Origin: Bacilli bacterium
GTDB lineage: Bacteria; Bacillota_I; Bacilli_A; RF39; UBA660
Direction of reading: 5' to 3'
Assembly: GCA_051872635.1 (NCBI GenBank)
Contig: JBJEEA010000009.1
Coordinates: 7,513-71,512 of the forward strand
DNA: 64,000 nt
Shown: positions 25,723 to 35,084 of the stretch, piece by piece
Layout: every line of letters begins with the position of its first letter
How positions within the stretch are numbered: position 1 is the first letter of the stretch
Program-made: the position numbers and the translations under genes
Notes under the pieces: model-generated
The model's input: only the letters and a program-made list of their open reading frames with translations
Database searches by the model: none
What the model was told of the DNA's origin: nothing

Positions 25723-27141
25723 CTACTCCTCTATAGGCTCATTATCTGTTTGCTGTTGATATTTTGTTTTTCTTCTCTGAATATTGTCATAGAAAGCAGT
25801 AGCTTCTTCTTCAGAATAATCTCTTGTTTCCATTATATATTGAATATCATCAATAATATCTGCATTTCTTTCCGTTAAGGATTGTCTTTGTAAAGATTCT
25901 TTATCAACAAGAATACTATCATCCCAATCAAATGTGACTTTGTAATTATTGCTTACTGGTATTTCATATAATTTACATAGTACATAAATACCGTAAATTA
26001 AGTCTTCAAATGCTTGTTGAAGTGATGTTTGAATATCACTTACGGTAACATAATAATCTTGCTTGCCTGTCTTTATTTCAGTAGCAGTCTTTTCTATCAA
26101 TTCCGGTTTACATAGTGTTCCCACTGCTAGTCCACATTGCAATTCTACCTGTCTTAACAATTCATTTAAACCATTAAATAAAGCAGTATCTCTTATCTCT
26201 GGACTAAATATATTCCACTTATTTTTATCATCATCACTTGCTATTAATTTACGATATAATCTTTGTTTCCCTTTTGGATAAATTGGATTGCCTTTTTTAT
26301 CTAAAGGCAACATTGTTTCATCTATATCAACAGCTAATTCAGAGCCTTCATATTCCCAAAGAGTTCTTGAAAACTGTTTGTCTATCTCTTTTAGTGTATC
26401 AATTGCATTATGAAACAACGAAACACCCAAAGGACTATTATTATCGACATTGTTAGTATTGTTCATAGTGAAGAACCCACCAATTAACCTATCAACACCT
26501 TCAATAGCTAAATTTTCATCTATTTCTTTCCATTTATTAACACTATGCAAGTCTATCTTATTTGCTAAAATAACACCATTTTTCTTTCCTTTATATGCTA
26601 TATTTTTAATAGTTAATATATTTTCATTTAATTCATCATATTCTAGCCTAGTGTAAATATCATTTCCATCAGTTATTTGATCTATAAATATAGCTCCTAA
26701 TAAATCTCCACTATCATCGAATTTAACAGGTATAAATTTATCTGCTTGTATAGTAGTTATATTTATTTTATTATTCTCATAGGATGGCTTAAAAAATATG
26801 CAACTTTTGCCAATTGCATATTCAGTATTTTTTCTTTTATTTTTTAAGAACTTCTGATAAACATTATTTATATATTCATCATCGCATTCACTTTTAAACT
26901 CTATTGTAACTGCTTTAGCAACTTTTTCACACATTGTCTTTGCTACATGGAGAGATATTGTATCTTTATCTATCCATGGTTCATTACCATTAAATATTCT
27001 GCTCCAATTTTGAATTGCATCTAGCATTTCTTTTGAAGTTTCTGTATCTAATCCAAAATCAGAAATTATTTTATTATAATCAAACATATTTTTCCACCAA
27101 CCTTTTATTTTATTTATAATTTTATCAAACACTACAATCAC
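25723..27141 (-). CDS. Portal protein.
   Basis: 472 aa, located between TerL and the minor head protein. Typical SPP1-like order. Confidence 0.75.
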   Translation of the reverse strand: MIVVFDKIINKIKGWWKNMFDYNKIISDFGLDTETSKEMLDAIQNWSRIFNGNEPWIDKDTISLHVAKTMCEKVAKAVTIEFKSECDDEYINNVYQKFLKNKRKNTEYAIGKSCIFFKPSYENNKINITTIQADKFIPVKFDDSGDLLGAIFIDQITDGNDIYTRLEYDELNENILTIKNIAYKGKKNGVILANKIDLHSVNKWKEIDENLAIEGVDRLIGGFFTMNNTNNVDNNSPLGVSLFHNAIDTLKEIDKQFSRTLWEYEGSELAVDIDETMLPLDKKGNPIYPKGKQRLYRKLIASDDDKNKWNIFSPEIRDTALFNGLNELLRQVELQCGLAVGTLCKPELIEKTATEIKTGKQDYYVTVSDIQTSLQQAFEDLIYGIYVLCKLYEIPVSNNYKVTFDWDDSILVDKESLQRQSLTERNADIIDDIQYIMETRDYSEEEATAFYDNIQRRKTKYQQQTDNEPIEE

Positions 27142-27142
27142 C

Positions 27143-28492
27143 TCATTTCTCTTCCAAATCTATAAATGGTAGTAATTGTTTAATATATTTCCAAACACCC
27201 ATTATTGCATATCTTTCAGCATCACAGCAGTGATCATATTCTTTTATGGGTTCCTCTCTACCTTTATCTAATAAATCCTCATTCCATTTATATTGATATC
27301 TTTCTTCGATTAGATGTTTTTGTTTAGGACTTAAAAATAATCTTTTAAATGACATCATCTTCTGCACTCTGTTTATTCCTAGCAAAACTGTGTTATTAGC
27401 ATTAAGTATTGATACTTCGGGACATATTCTTTTTATTTCTTCTGATAAACCTTTTGCAGAAGGATCTATAAAAACAAACTTTATTTGCTTGCTTGTTTCT
27501 TCTTCTATTCTATTTTTAAATATCTTAAAATCATTAGCATATTCTGATGGGCTTTTTTGCCTTCCACTTTCTCTACCGCTATGATAATATTCATCTATTC
27601 CTTGAACACATTTATTTATATAATCCAAACTAAAGCATTGAAAAGTAGTAGCATTCATCTGCCCATAGTCTACACCAATAAATAGCCAAGGAATACCTTT
27701 TAATATTTCTTCAGTTACCTCTCTTATATGTTTTTCTTTATCAAACATATAATAAATAACTTCATCTATTCCAGTACAAAGTCCTAACCAAATCCAGTTA
27801 TACATTTTTTCATCTAATTTTTTCAATAGTTCAGCTGTTTGAATCAGTTTTTTACCTAACCAATTAATTGGAACATCCCTATAATCTGTATGTATTCTTA
27901 TGCAATCTGGTCTTTGTACCATCTTTTCTACCCACTGCATTATAGGTGCTTTTGGATTCTGTGGCGGATTAAAATAATATTCCATACAGAATTCATCATC
28001 ATTTCCACGAACAAATGTTGCTTCTATATTGGTTAATTCATCTTCTCCATCACCTTTATCAAAAAATTCAGTTAATTCATCTAACTCTACTAACTTAATT
28101 GGTTTATTTTCATCAATCATACCTTTAGTATCATCTATACTATCATTACCAGTAAAATAGATAGTGTTGCCATTCTTTAAATACTTAATTTCCATTGGAC
28201 TAACAGTTATTTTAAAGTCTTTTTTATTAAGGCCTAATCTTGTAATAGCTCTTAAGCATTCTTTATATACAGTCTTCTTTAACTTATTATGAAACTTTCT
28301 CATAATAACAACAGAACAATTATCATCTTCTACTATCTTTTCAACAGCCTTTATTGCTCCTCTGCTAGATTTAGTTCCTGCTCTTCCAGAAGTAAATATT
28401 TTATGCATATACTTTGTATCATTAAAAGTAGAATGATATTTAGAAATTATCAAATCGCTTAATTTAATAATTTTTCTATTTTGGTAGATCAT
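27143..28492 (-). CDS. Terminase large subunit.
   Basis: N-terminal FTSGRAGTKSS Walker-A-like ATPase motif and a C-terminal nuclease-like acidic residue pattern. Lies adjacent to the small subunit. Confidence 0.8.
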   Translation of the reverse strand: MIYQNRKIIKLSDLIISKYHSTFNDTKYMHKIFTSGRAGTKSSRGAIKAVEKIVEDDNCSVVIMRKFHNKLKKTVYKECLRAITRLGLNKKDFKITVSPMEIKYLKNGNTIYFTGNDSIDDTKGMIDENKPIKLVELDELTEFFDKGDGEDELTNIEATFVRGNDDEFCMEYYFNPPQNPKAPIMQWVEKMVQRPDCIRIHTDYRDVPINWLGKKLIQTAELLKKLDEKMYNWIWLGLCTGIDEVIYYMFDKEKHIREVTEEILKGIPWLFIGVDYGQMNATTFQCFSLDYINKCVQGIDEYYHSGRESGRQKSPSEYANDFKIFKNRIEEETSKQIKFVFIDPSAKGLSEEIKRICPEVSILNANNTVLLGINRVQKMMSFKRLFLSPKQKHLIEERYQYKWNEDLLDKGREEPIKEYDHCCDAERYAIMGVWKYIKQLLPFIDLEEK

Positions 28493-28928
28493 TTACTATC
28501 ACTACCTTATCATCACTACCATTATCAGTTTTCTCTATTTTTTCTCGCCACTTATCAGGTTGTCTATTTTTTAGCCAAAATATTTGAGCAGTAGTGTCTG
28601 GAATAATTTGTTTAGTAACTTCTTTAGTAATCATCAATTCGTAATTACCTGTTTTAGGATTAACTCTCATTTCTTTAGTTACTTCTGTATACTCATATCC
28701 ATTTGCTCTTTTATATAATGAATTTTCCACATTAAAATCGGCAATATCTTTACTCTCTTTTAAGGCTGCCGAAAGTGCCAGGTTTTTGTCTCTCCACACT
28801 CTAAAAGTAGAATAAGCAATTTTCATATTTTCTGCTATTTCTTTATCAGTCAAGCCTGCTCTGGCCCATCCCTTAATTAAATTAAGTCCATCATCAGTTA
28901 ACCAATACTCTACTTTTTTACTAGCCAT
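28476..28928 (-). CDS. Terminase small subunit.
   Basis: 150 aa. N-terminal HTH-like segment (GLTDKEIAENMKIAYSTFRVWR). Lies immediately upstream of the large subunit. Confidence 0.7.
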   Translation of the reverse strand: MASKKVEYWLTDDGLNLIKGWARAGLTDKEIAENMKIAYSTFRVWRDKNLALSAALKESKDIADFNVENSLYKRANGYEYTEVTKEMRVNPKTGNYELMITKEVTKQIIPDTTAQIFWLKNRQPDKWREKIEKTDNGSDDKVVIVNDLPK

Positions 28929-29057
28929 TATTAATCACTTATTTCTTTGATTTCTTTTTTAGATTTTGGCTCTTTATATACTTCAACTATTCCTTTATTA
29001 ACTAATTCCTCAATTCTCTTTTCGTCAAAATCAACTATTTCATCTTTTTTATACCAT

Positions 29058-29270
29058 CTATTTGTAATTTTGTCTGGATAGTCTCTTAATACTCTTGCTT
29101 TCATTTTCTTTCATCTCCTTTTTCTTACCTTTTTTCTTGCACTTATTATTTTCAATAATATCATCCTTGCACCATAAATAATCACTGCAAGTTTTGCAAT
29201 TGTTATTTCTCATACATTTTTTGTAATTCACACATATCAACCCTTTTTTATATATAATAAAAAGACACAT
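29058..29270 (-). CDS. Small Cys-rich basic protein.
   Basis: 70 aa with multiple CxxC-like pairs and a K-rich tail. Confidence 0.35.
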   Translation of the reverse strand: MCLFIIYKKGLICVNYKKCMRNNNCKTCSDYLWCKDDIIENNKCKKKGKKKEMKENESKSIKRLSRQNYK

Positions 29271-29555
29271 CTGTGCCTTAAACTGATTGTACTATGAAAG
29301 GAGGTGTACAATCACGAATTAGTGAGTACTGTACTAATGATACAATGCCTATTTGGTTCGACCTACCAAATCTACCTTTCAGCCCTTTATATTGCATAGT
29401 CTTATATGTTCATCGTAGTAGGTCACTATACTTCACAAAGCTATACTTGGTTTCATATCATCAGTACACTACCCACTAAGGTAGTTTTTTACTCGGGGGT
29501 TAAATTGAATATAAAATAATCACTTTTTCGATTATTCCATAATACAAGTATAAAC

Positions 29556-30005
29556 CTAATTTTTTCCGATTTTTTCCGATTTTTTATTTTGATACAATTT
29601 TATTTTCATTTCATCTATATAATCATATGTCCTACTAAGAGAATAACCTATTAATTTATAAAAATATTTAGGTTTTCTTCCTTCAATCCATCTATAAATA
29701 TAAATCTTATCGTAGACATCTCCCTCTTCTCTCATTTTAATTAGTTTCTTCTTCAACTCATAATTTAACATATCTCGTGTATTTCTGCTTTGATTGATAA
29801 GATTATCTACTTGGTCAATTTCACTCGTGTAATCAATTAATTTTAAGTCTGATGAGGCATGTTCACCAAATACCATAACTTCCTTTGGTTTTGATGAACC
29901 AGGTAAAACTGCTAATATTAATTTACTTTTTTTCTCAAGTGCCTCATTATAGTTTCTTTCAGCTTCTTTACATTTTTTTAATAATTCATGATATTCTATA
30001 TACAT
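29556..30005 (-). CDS. Putative late-gene transcriptional activator (ArpU/RinA-like, sigma-region-4-like HTH at the C-terminus).
   Basis: Position immediately upstream of the packaging genes. The C-terminal segment IYIYRWIEGRKPKYFYKLIGYSLSRTYDYIDEM resembles sigma-like late activators. Confidence 0.3.
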   Translation of the reverse strand: MYIEYHELLKKCKEAERNYNEALEKKSKLILAVLPGSSKPKEVMVFGEHASSDLKLIDYTSEIDQVDNLINQSRNTRDMLNYELKKKLIKMREEGDVYDKIYIYRWIEGRKPKYFYKLIGYSLSRTYDYIDEMKIKLYQNKKSEKIGKN

Positions 30006-30007
30006 AT

Positions 30008-30391
30008 CTACACCCCTTTTAATATCTTCTGCATTTCTTCTTCGGTGTATTGTTTATTAGTATAATTTTTGCCTAATAATTTTTCTTTTTTATAAATCTC
30101 AGTCATTAAAAATTGTCTATTCTCTTTAGAAATTATTTTATTCTTATTTTCATTATATTTTGATAACAATTCCATATCATTTTTTATTTTTCTTCGTTCT
30201 TCTCTTAAAACTTTTATTTCTTTTATCATCCTATAACACCATAAAACATTTATTTTATTATTTTCTATATAGTGAAGTAAATCTTGCAGTTTACTATCAA
30301 CCACACTTAATTTATCACTTAATGAGTTACTATAATCATCTATTCTATCTAATTTATCTACTATATTTTTTATTTCCTCTATTACATCCAT
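30008..30391 (-). CDS. Hypothetical early protein (coiled coil).
   Basis: ORF in the early operon. Confidence 0.4.
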   Translation of the reverse strand: MDVIEEIKNIVDKLDRIDDYSNSLSDKLSVVDSKLQDLLHYIENNKINVLWCYRMIKEIKVLREERRKIKNDMELLSKYNENKNKIISKENRQFLMTEIYKKEKLLGKNYTNKQYTEEEMQKILKGV

Positions 30392-30703
30392 TTACTTCCC
30401 CTTTCTAACCAAAACCTATTTTTTATTTTCCAAATACTCTTTTAATTTCGGATCACTATTTGATAATATTTTTAGTGTTGTATTATAGTTATTTTTAAGT
30501 ATCTTATTTTCTCTTTTTGTTTGTATAATCTCATAAATTAATATAGCCATTACTAATACTGCTAATATAAATAACTCTTTCATTTGTTCCTCCAATCTAA
30601 TATTAAACCAATTATTGATGCTATAAGTAAAATACCTAGTACAATAAATGGCAAATATAATATAAACATTACTCCTCCTAACTAACCATAGCCCCTGAAG
30701 TAT

Positions 30704-31138
30704 TTAATTTTCTTTATTTAACCTTTCTATTATCTTCTTTTGATTTTTGATTAATTGATTTATTTCTTCTTCTAATTTTTCAAAATTATAATCACAATAG
30801 TCTTCTAACCTATCTGTTGTTACTGCTTGTCCTGTTCTTTCAAATGTTCTTAATATTAATGGTTCAATATCTTCAAATTCTTCTTCATCTTGTATTTCTG
30901 TTTCTTCATTATCTTCTAATATTAATACTTCATCATTTAAACATCTTGTTATATTAATTGAATTGTCTATATACATTTCCCAATCTCTTATATCGTGTGA
31001 ATTTTTTGAATAAACATAATTTTGTTCATCTTCTAACAAATAATAAACTTTATCATGTATTAATACTTTTTTTGGTGCTTTTTTATCTTTAACTAAACCT
31101 AATAATTCATATATTGTTATTGTCTTTTTCATTTGCAA
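30704..31138 (-). CDS. Hypothetical early protein with an acidic C-terminus.
   Basis: ORF in the early operon. Confidence 0.4.
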   Translation of the reverse strand: MQMKKTITIYELLGLVKDKKAPKKVLIHDKVYYLLEDEQNYVYSKNSHDIRDWEMYIDNSINITRCLNDEVLILEDNEETEIQDEEEFEDIEPLILRTFERTGQAVTTDRLEDYCDYNFEKLEEEINQLIKNQKKIIERLNKEN

Positions 31139-31400
31139 TCCTTTCTAATTGCCTATGTATCTTCTGATGCTTAATTTCTATAACATCTTTAATATCAATA
31201 TCATAGTAGTACATAAATTGTTCTACCATATTTAATACATCTGCTATTTCTTCTGCAATATGGTCAATATCTTGTACAGGCTCAAACTTATTTTCTGCTT
31301 TTATAATAGCCTCATTCAATTCAAATACTTCACTTTGAAAATATTTTAATTGTGGAAGTACACCATAGTTATTAATTATCTTTAATAAACCTTCTTTCAT
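31107..31400 (-). CDS. MazG-like nucleotide pyrophosphohydrolase (small all-alpha NTP-PPase).
   Basis: EIADVLNMVEQF and a preceding E..E pattern are typical of MazG/HisE-type small NTP pyrophosphatases found in phages. Confidence 0.45.
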   Translation of the reverse strand: MKEGLLKIINNYGVLPQLKYFQSEVFELNEAIIKAENKFEPVQDIDHIAEEIADVLNMVEQFMYYYDIDIKDVIEIKHQKIHRQLERIANEKDNNNI

Positions 31401-31597
31401 TATTTATCATCTCCTAAATCGCAAGTAACTTTATATGGTGGTGTTAATTCATTACCATTAGTTCCACGATAAGTTATTTTAGGGTAAGTAAAAGGTGTAT
31501 AATTGCTTTTTAATTCTTCATATTTACCTTTAATAATTAATAATTCTTTATATTCTTCTAATGTTATTGCTATTGTTCTTTCATCTGTCTTTTTCAT
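31400..31597 (-). CDS. Hypothetical early protein.
   Basis: Small ORF in an operon with tight coupling. Confidence 0.35.
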   Translation of the reverse strand: MKKTDERTIAITLEEYKELLIIKGKYEELKSNYTPFTYPKITYRGTNGNELTPPYKVTCDLGDDK

Positions 31598-31839
31598 TAT
31601 TTATCATCTACCTTTTCTACTAGCCCATCTTTTATTAAGTCATTAACTCTTTTGCTTTCTCCTAAATCTTTCATCATAAGAAATTTATAATCGGTGTCAA
31701 TATCTCTTATTTCTCTTGTTTCTTTTGTGATGTCAGTTACTATTCCATTACTATAAACTCTTGTATATTCTTTTTCATACTCTGCAAATCCATATTTTTT
31801 TAATTCTTTTAAATCTACATTAGCTTTTATCTTTAACAT
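31597..31839 (-). CDS. Hypothetical early protein.
   Basis: Small ORF in an operon. Confidence 0.35.
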   Translation of the reverse strand: MLKIKANVDLKELKKYGFAEYEKEYTRVYSNGIVTDITKETREIRDIDTDYKFLMMKDLGESKRVNDLIKDGLVEKVDDK

Positions 31840-31842
31840 TAT

Positions 31843-32262
31843 TTATTCATCTCCTAACCTATATTCTATACTTTCAAAGCATTCTTTTGTTACTATTGAT
31901 TTAATATCTTTATTGTGTAAATGTATAATTCCACCATAACTCGGTGCTTGTATAGTTATTTGTCTTTCTTTTCTTCGTATTGGCTTTTCATCAACATAAT
32001 GAGTTATCTCACCACTTTTCCATATTTTTGATACATAGTAACCATTAACATAATCTCCTACTTCTATTAGGTCTATTATATTATGACTGGCTTTTATTAC
32101 ATCTATTTCACTTATATATTCAGTATCATCATTTATTTCTAAATATTTATCAGTTACCCACATTTTAAAATAATAATTGTCTGGTTCTAATATTCTATCA
32201 ATTATTTTAGCAATTCCTTTTTTAGTTCTTACATACATTCCTACTTCTAATTTATCTTTCAT
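31843..32262 (-). CDS. Hypothetical early protein.
   Basis: ORF in an operon. Confidence 0.4.
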   Translation of the reverse strand: MKDKLEVGMYVRTKKGIAKIIDRILEPDNYYFKMWVTDKYLEINDDTEYISEIDVIKASHNIIDLIEVGDYVNGYYVSKIWKSGEITHYVDEKPIRRKERQITIQAPSYGGIIHLHNKDIKSIVTKECFESIEYRLGDE

Positions 32263-32471
32263 TATTTACCTCCATTGCTACCGACATTAATGTCGTTACC
32301 TATTATTTCTTTATAAGTTTCTCTTTTTAATCTACTTCTCATTTTCTTATTAAGTGTTCTATCTTTCCTTTTGCCGACAATATCTTCACTATAGCAATTA
32401 AGTGTTTTCTTTAATAATGAATTTTTTATTACTCTCCACCCTTTATTTCTATCTTTTCTAGTTCTGCTCAT
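32262..32471 (-). CDS. Small basic protein (R/K-rich).
   Basis: Small ORF in an operon. Confidence 0.35.
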   Translation of the reverse strand: MSRTRKDRNKGWRVIKNSLLKKTLNCYSEDIVGKRKDRTLNKKMRSRLKRETYKEIIGNDINVGSNGGK

Positions 32472-32850
32472 TATTACCTATTATTTCTTTGTGTTTTGAT
32501 AAAACTGCCATATAATTTCTATCTTTATCCACATAATCTTTATAATAATAATTTTTATCGTGCGGAGTTAAAGAATTATACCAATTTATATTTTTCTCCA
32601 TTTCTTCTTCTAAATACTCTATAAACTCTTTTTGTTGATTTTCTAATTTCCTAATCTTATCTTTTGCTTTTTCATTACAATACATAAACATTAAAGTTAA
32701 ATCTTCCGGATCTTCGTATGTTTTTACTTTTTCTTTTAATTCTTGATTTTCTTTTTCTAAACTATGTATTATGTCAAGTATATCTTTATCAACACCATAT
32801 ATAATCTTGTTTCCAATTTTTATTTCATCTTCTACTATGTCATATTTCAT
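32458..32850 (-). CDS. Hypothetical early protein (coiled coil).
   Basis: ORF in an operon. Confidence 0.4.
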   Translation of the reverse strand: MKYDIVEDEIKIGNKIIYGVDKDILDIIHSLEKENQELKEKVKTYEDPEDLTLMFMYCNEKAKDKIRKLENQQKEFIEYLEEEMEKNINWYNSLTPHDKNYYYKDYVDKDRNYMAVLSKHKEIIGNNEQN

Positions 32851-33068
32851 TTATTCCACCCCAATTCTTCTATTTGTTTATTTATGGCTTTTATTTCTTG
32901 TATTGATAATTCAACAATTTCTTCACTATCATCTGCTAGTATCATTTTCTTTTTATCTAATTGAAATTCTATTAGTTTACACTCTTTTTCAAAATTATTG
33001 TAAGATATTCTTAAACCATTATTAAAATATTCATACCCCAATTCTTCAAACATCTCTTTAGTGCTCAT
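32847..33068 (-). CDS. Hypothetical early protein.
   Basis: Small ORF in an operon. Confidence 0.35.
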   Translation of the reverse strand: MSTKEMFEELGYEYFNNGLRISYNNFEKECKLIEFQLDKKKMILADDSEEIVELSIQEIKAINKQIEELGWNK

Positions 33069-33311
33069 TTATTTCACCTCTTTTAGAATATCTAATAAAT
33101 CATCTCTTATAACTGTATTTATATTCAAATAATCATTTAATTCTTTTATTGCTTTATCAATTACTTCTTTGTATTTTTGGTTTTCTTGTTGTAATTTTGA
33201 TACTTGTTCAAATAATTTATAAAAAGATATTATTTCTCCATCCTTAGACATATAAGCATATTTATTATCCCTAAATTCTTTTAACCAATAATTTATTTCT
33301 TCTTTATTCAT
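33069..33311 (-). CDS. Hypothetical early protein.
   Basis: Small ORF in an operon. Confidence 0.35.
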   Translation of the reverse strand: MNKEEINYWLKEFRDNKYAYMSKDGEIISFYKLFEQVSKLQQENQKYKEVIDKAIKELNDYLNINTVIRDDLLDILKEVK

Positions 33312-33323
33312 TTTCTTAGCCTC

Positions 33324-33701
33324 CTAACTAATAATTCCTAACTTTCTTAATTTTTTTAAATCTTCTGCTAATTCTTTTTGAAAATCTTCCATATCTTTTG
33401 TAAACTCTGCTATATTCCAATTATCACACCACCAACTATCATAAGATGTTTTTATTTTTACATAAGGATATATTTCTTCCCCACAAAAACAACATCTTTC
33501 TAAATTTATACATAAGTCGAAAGTCCCTCCACAACAACTATAACTTTTATAAAAAGAAGTAATATTTATATTATCTATTGGTCTATATAAACTATCGTAA
33601 TATTTTCCAAAGTGCATATCATTTAATATCTTCATTTGCTCTTCATTTAAATGAGTTATTTTAGGCTTACTATTTCTCAACATTCTTACACCTCCTACCA
33701 T
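33324..33701 (-). CDS. Cys-rich (zinc-binding) early protein.
   Basis: CCGGTFDLCINLERCCFCGEEIYP and a later WWCDNW segment. Confidence 0.4.
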   Translation of the reverse strand: MVGGVRMLRNSKPKITHLNEEQMKILNDMHFGKYYDSLYRPIDNINITSFYKSYSCCGGTFDLCINLERCCFCGEEIYPYVKIKTSYDSWWCDNWNIAEFTKDMEDFQKELAEDLKKLRKLGIIS

Positions 33702-33907
33702 TTATAAGTTAGCATTAAGTAAAGCATATATATTGCTCCCACTAGCATTACTAGAAAGAACATTGTTATAAGGAAGTAACATACATTCTCTACTATCGCC
33801 TTTTTCTTTTCTTGTTTTAGTTGTATTTCTTCTTTAGTTAATTTTCTTTTTGGGAACTGCTTTTTAAGTTCCTTTTGATCCTTTTTTGTTAATTTATTTG
33901 GATACAT
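33695..33907 (-). CDS. Small membrane protein.
   Basis: C-terminal transmembrane helix and K-rich N-terminus. Confidence 0.35.
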   Translation of the reverse strand: MYPNKLTKKDQKELKKQFPKRKLTKEEIQLKQEKKKAIVENVCYFLITMFFLVMLVGAIYMLYLMLTYKW

Positions 33908-34085
33908 ATTTTCCTCCTACTAATCTAGTGCAACGACTACCCTGCAATTATTTCCTTTATTTCTCTTTAATTTTGTAGGTGTCATATAAAAAGTTATAGT
34001 TCTTTCTTTTACATTGAATTTTTCTGCCAATTCTTTTTTAGTTCCTATAGCTAGTAATTCTTCGCCTTTATAAAGAGCATATTCT

Positions 34086-34433
34086 TTATATTTCTTCATC
34101 TTCTACCTCTTTATTTAATAATTTTTCTTTTTCAGCTGTTAACATATCATTAATGTATTGCAGTTCCATTATTACCTCTTTTGGTGCATTATTTTCTTTG
34201 TATTTCTTTATTCTTTGAGGTAATGAATTTTCTAGTGCAGTTAATGTAGATTCTCTTTTTTTTAAACAAGTATTTTCTATACTGATTTTATCTAACTCTT
34301 TTTCAAGTCTCTTTTTCTCTAATTCAAACAAGTTTTTATCTCTCTTTAGTCTTTCTAGTTCTTTTTCATTTGATGACATATTATTTATTACATCCATAAC
34401 CAAATTATCATCTGTTTCATTTTTTAATTGCAT
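34086..34433 (-). CDS. Hypothetical coiled-coil protein.
   Basis: ORF in an operon. Confidence 0.35.
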   Translation of the reverse strand: MQLKNETDDNLVMDVINNMSSNEKELERLKRDKNLFELEKKRLEKELDKISIENTCLKKRESTLTALENSLPQRIKKYKENNAPKEVIMELQYINDMLTAEKEKLLNKEVEDEEI

Positions 34434-34636
34434 AGATCACAATACATTTCCTTATATTCTTTTAATTCTTCAATTCTTTCATCACGTTTATCTAATTCAA
34501 TTAATAAGTCTTTAATAATTGTCATCAAATTATCATTCGGAATAAAATCACCTAACATTTCATAATCAGTTAAAGCTTTTTCTTCTGCTTTTTTTATTGC
34601 ATTACAATCTTCAGAAGTTAATTTCTGAAATATCAT
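34424..34636 (-). CDS. Hypothetical small protein.
   Basis: ORF in an operon. Confidence 0.35.
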   Translation of the reverse strand: MIFQKLTSEDCNAIKKAEEKALTDYEMLGDFIPNDNLMTIIKDLLIELDKRDERIEELKEYKEMYCDLCN

Positions 34637-35084
34637 AGTTTATACCTCCCTTTAATAATTCTATAACCTTAGCTCCTGCATTTTCTTTGGTAGTAAATAT
34701 AAATTCAACATTATATCTTTCAGACATAGTTTTCATTATTTTCATCAAAGTTTCACCTTTTACTTTTGTTCTTTTAGAGTTCCAATTGGGAACTTCCTCT
34801 ATTGACTTTATTTTTTGTTCTTTAATTAGAAAAATAAATCTTTCACAGCCAATTTCTCTGGCTCTTTCTATTTCTTTTTTTATTCTTTCATGTTCCTTTA
34901 AACTGGTTAAATTTCCACACATTTCTAAAAGATCCTTTTTTAGATCAATTAAAACACTTGTGCTATTAAGTAATTTTATATCTGCGGCATAAAGTTTATT
35001 GCGTATCCACTTTATGCCCTGCTTGTCTAAATATTCAGTTACATATTCATCTTTTTGATTTCTAGTATCCATTTCTATTATCAT
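34611..35084 (-). CDS. Putative PD-(D/E)xK-type nuclease, possibly a Holliday-junction resolvase.
   Basis: Start reassigned to ATG 35084 (MIIEMDTRN) after a GAGGT RBS. The pattern ..AADIKLL..VLIDLKK.. fits a D...(D/E)xK nuclease core. Positioned directly after the helicase gene. Confidence 0.3.
   Translation of the reverse strand: MIIEMDTRNQKDEYVTEYLDKQGIKWIRNKLYAADIKLLNSTSVLIDLKKDLLEMCGNLTSLKEHERIKKEIERAREIGCERFIFLIKEQKIKSIEEVPNWNSKRTKVKGETLMKIMKTMSERYNVEFIFTTKENAGAKVIELLKGGINYDISEINF

Noticed and set aside
29294-29479. 61-aa plus-strand ORF in the early/late non-coding gap.
   Set aside because: No RBS, opposite strand to the whole operon, and the product is compositionally odd. The gap is more likely regulatory or structural RNA/DNA.
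29561-29590. Direct repeat TTTTTTCCGA x2 as a regulatory repeat.
   Set aside because: It lies inside the C-terminal codons (SEKIGKN) of the 29556..30005 gene. It is a coding repeat.
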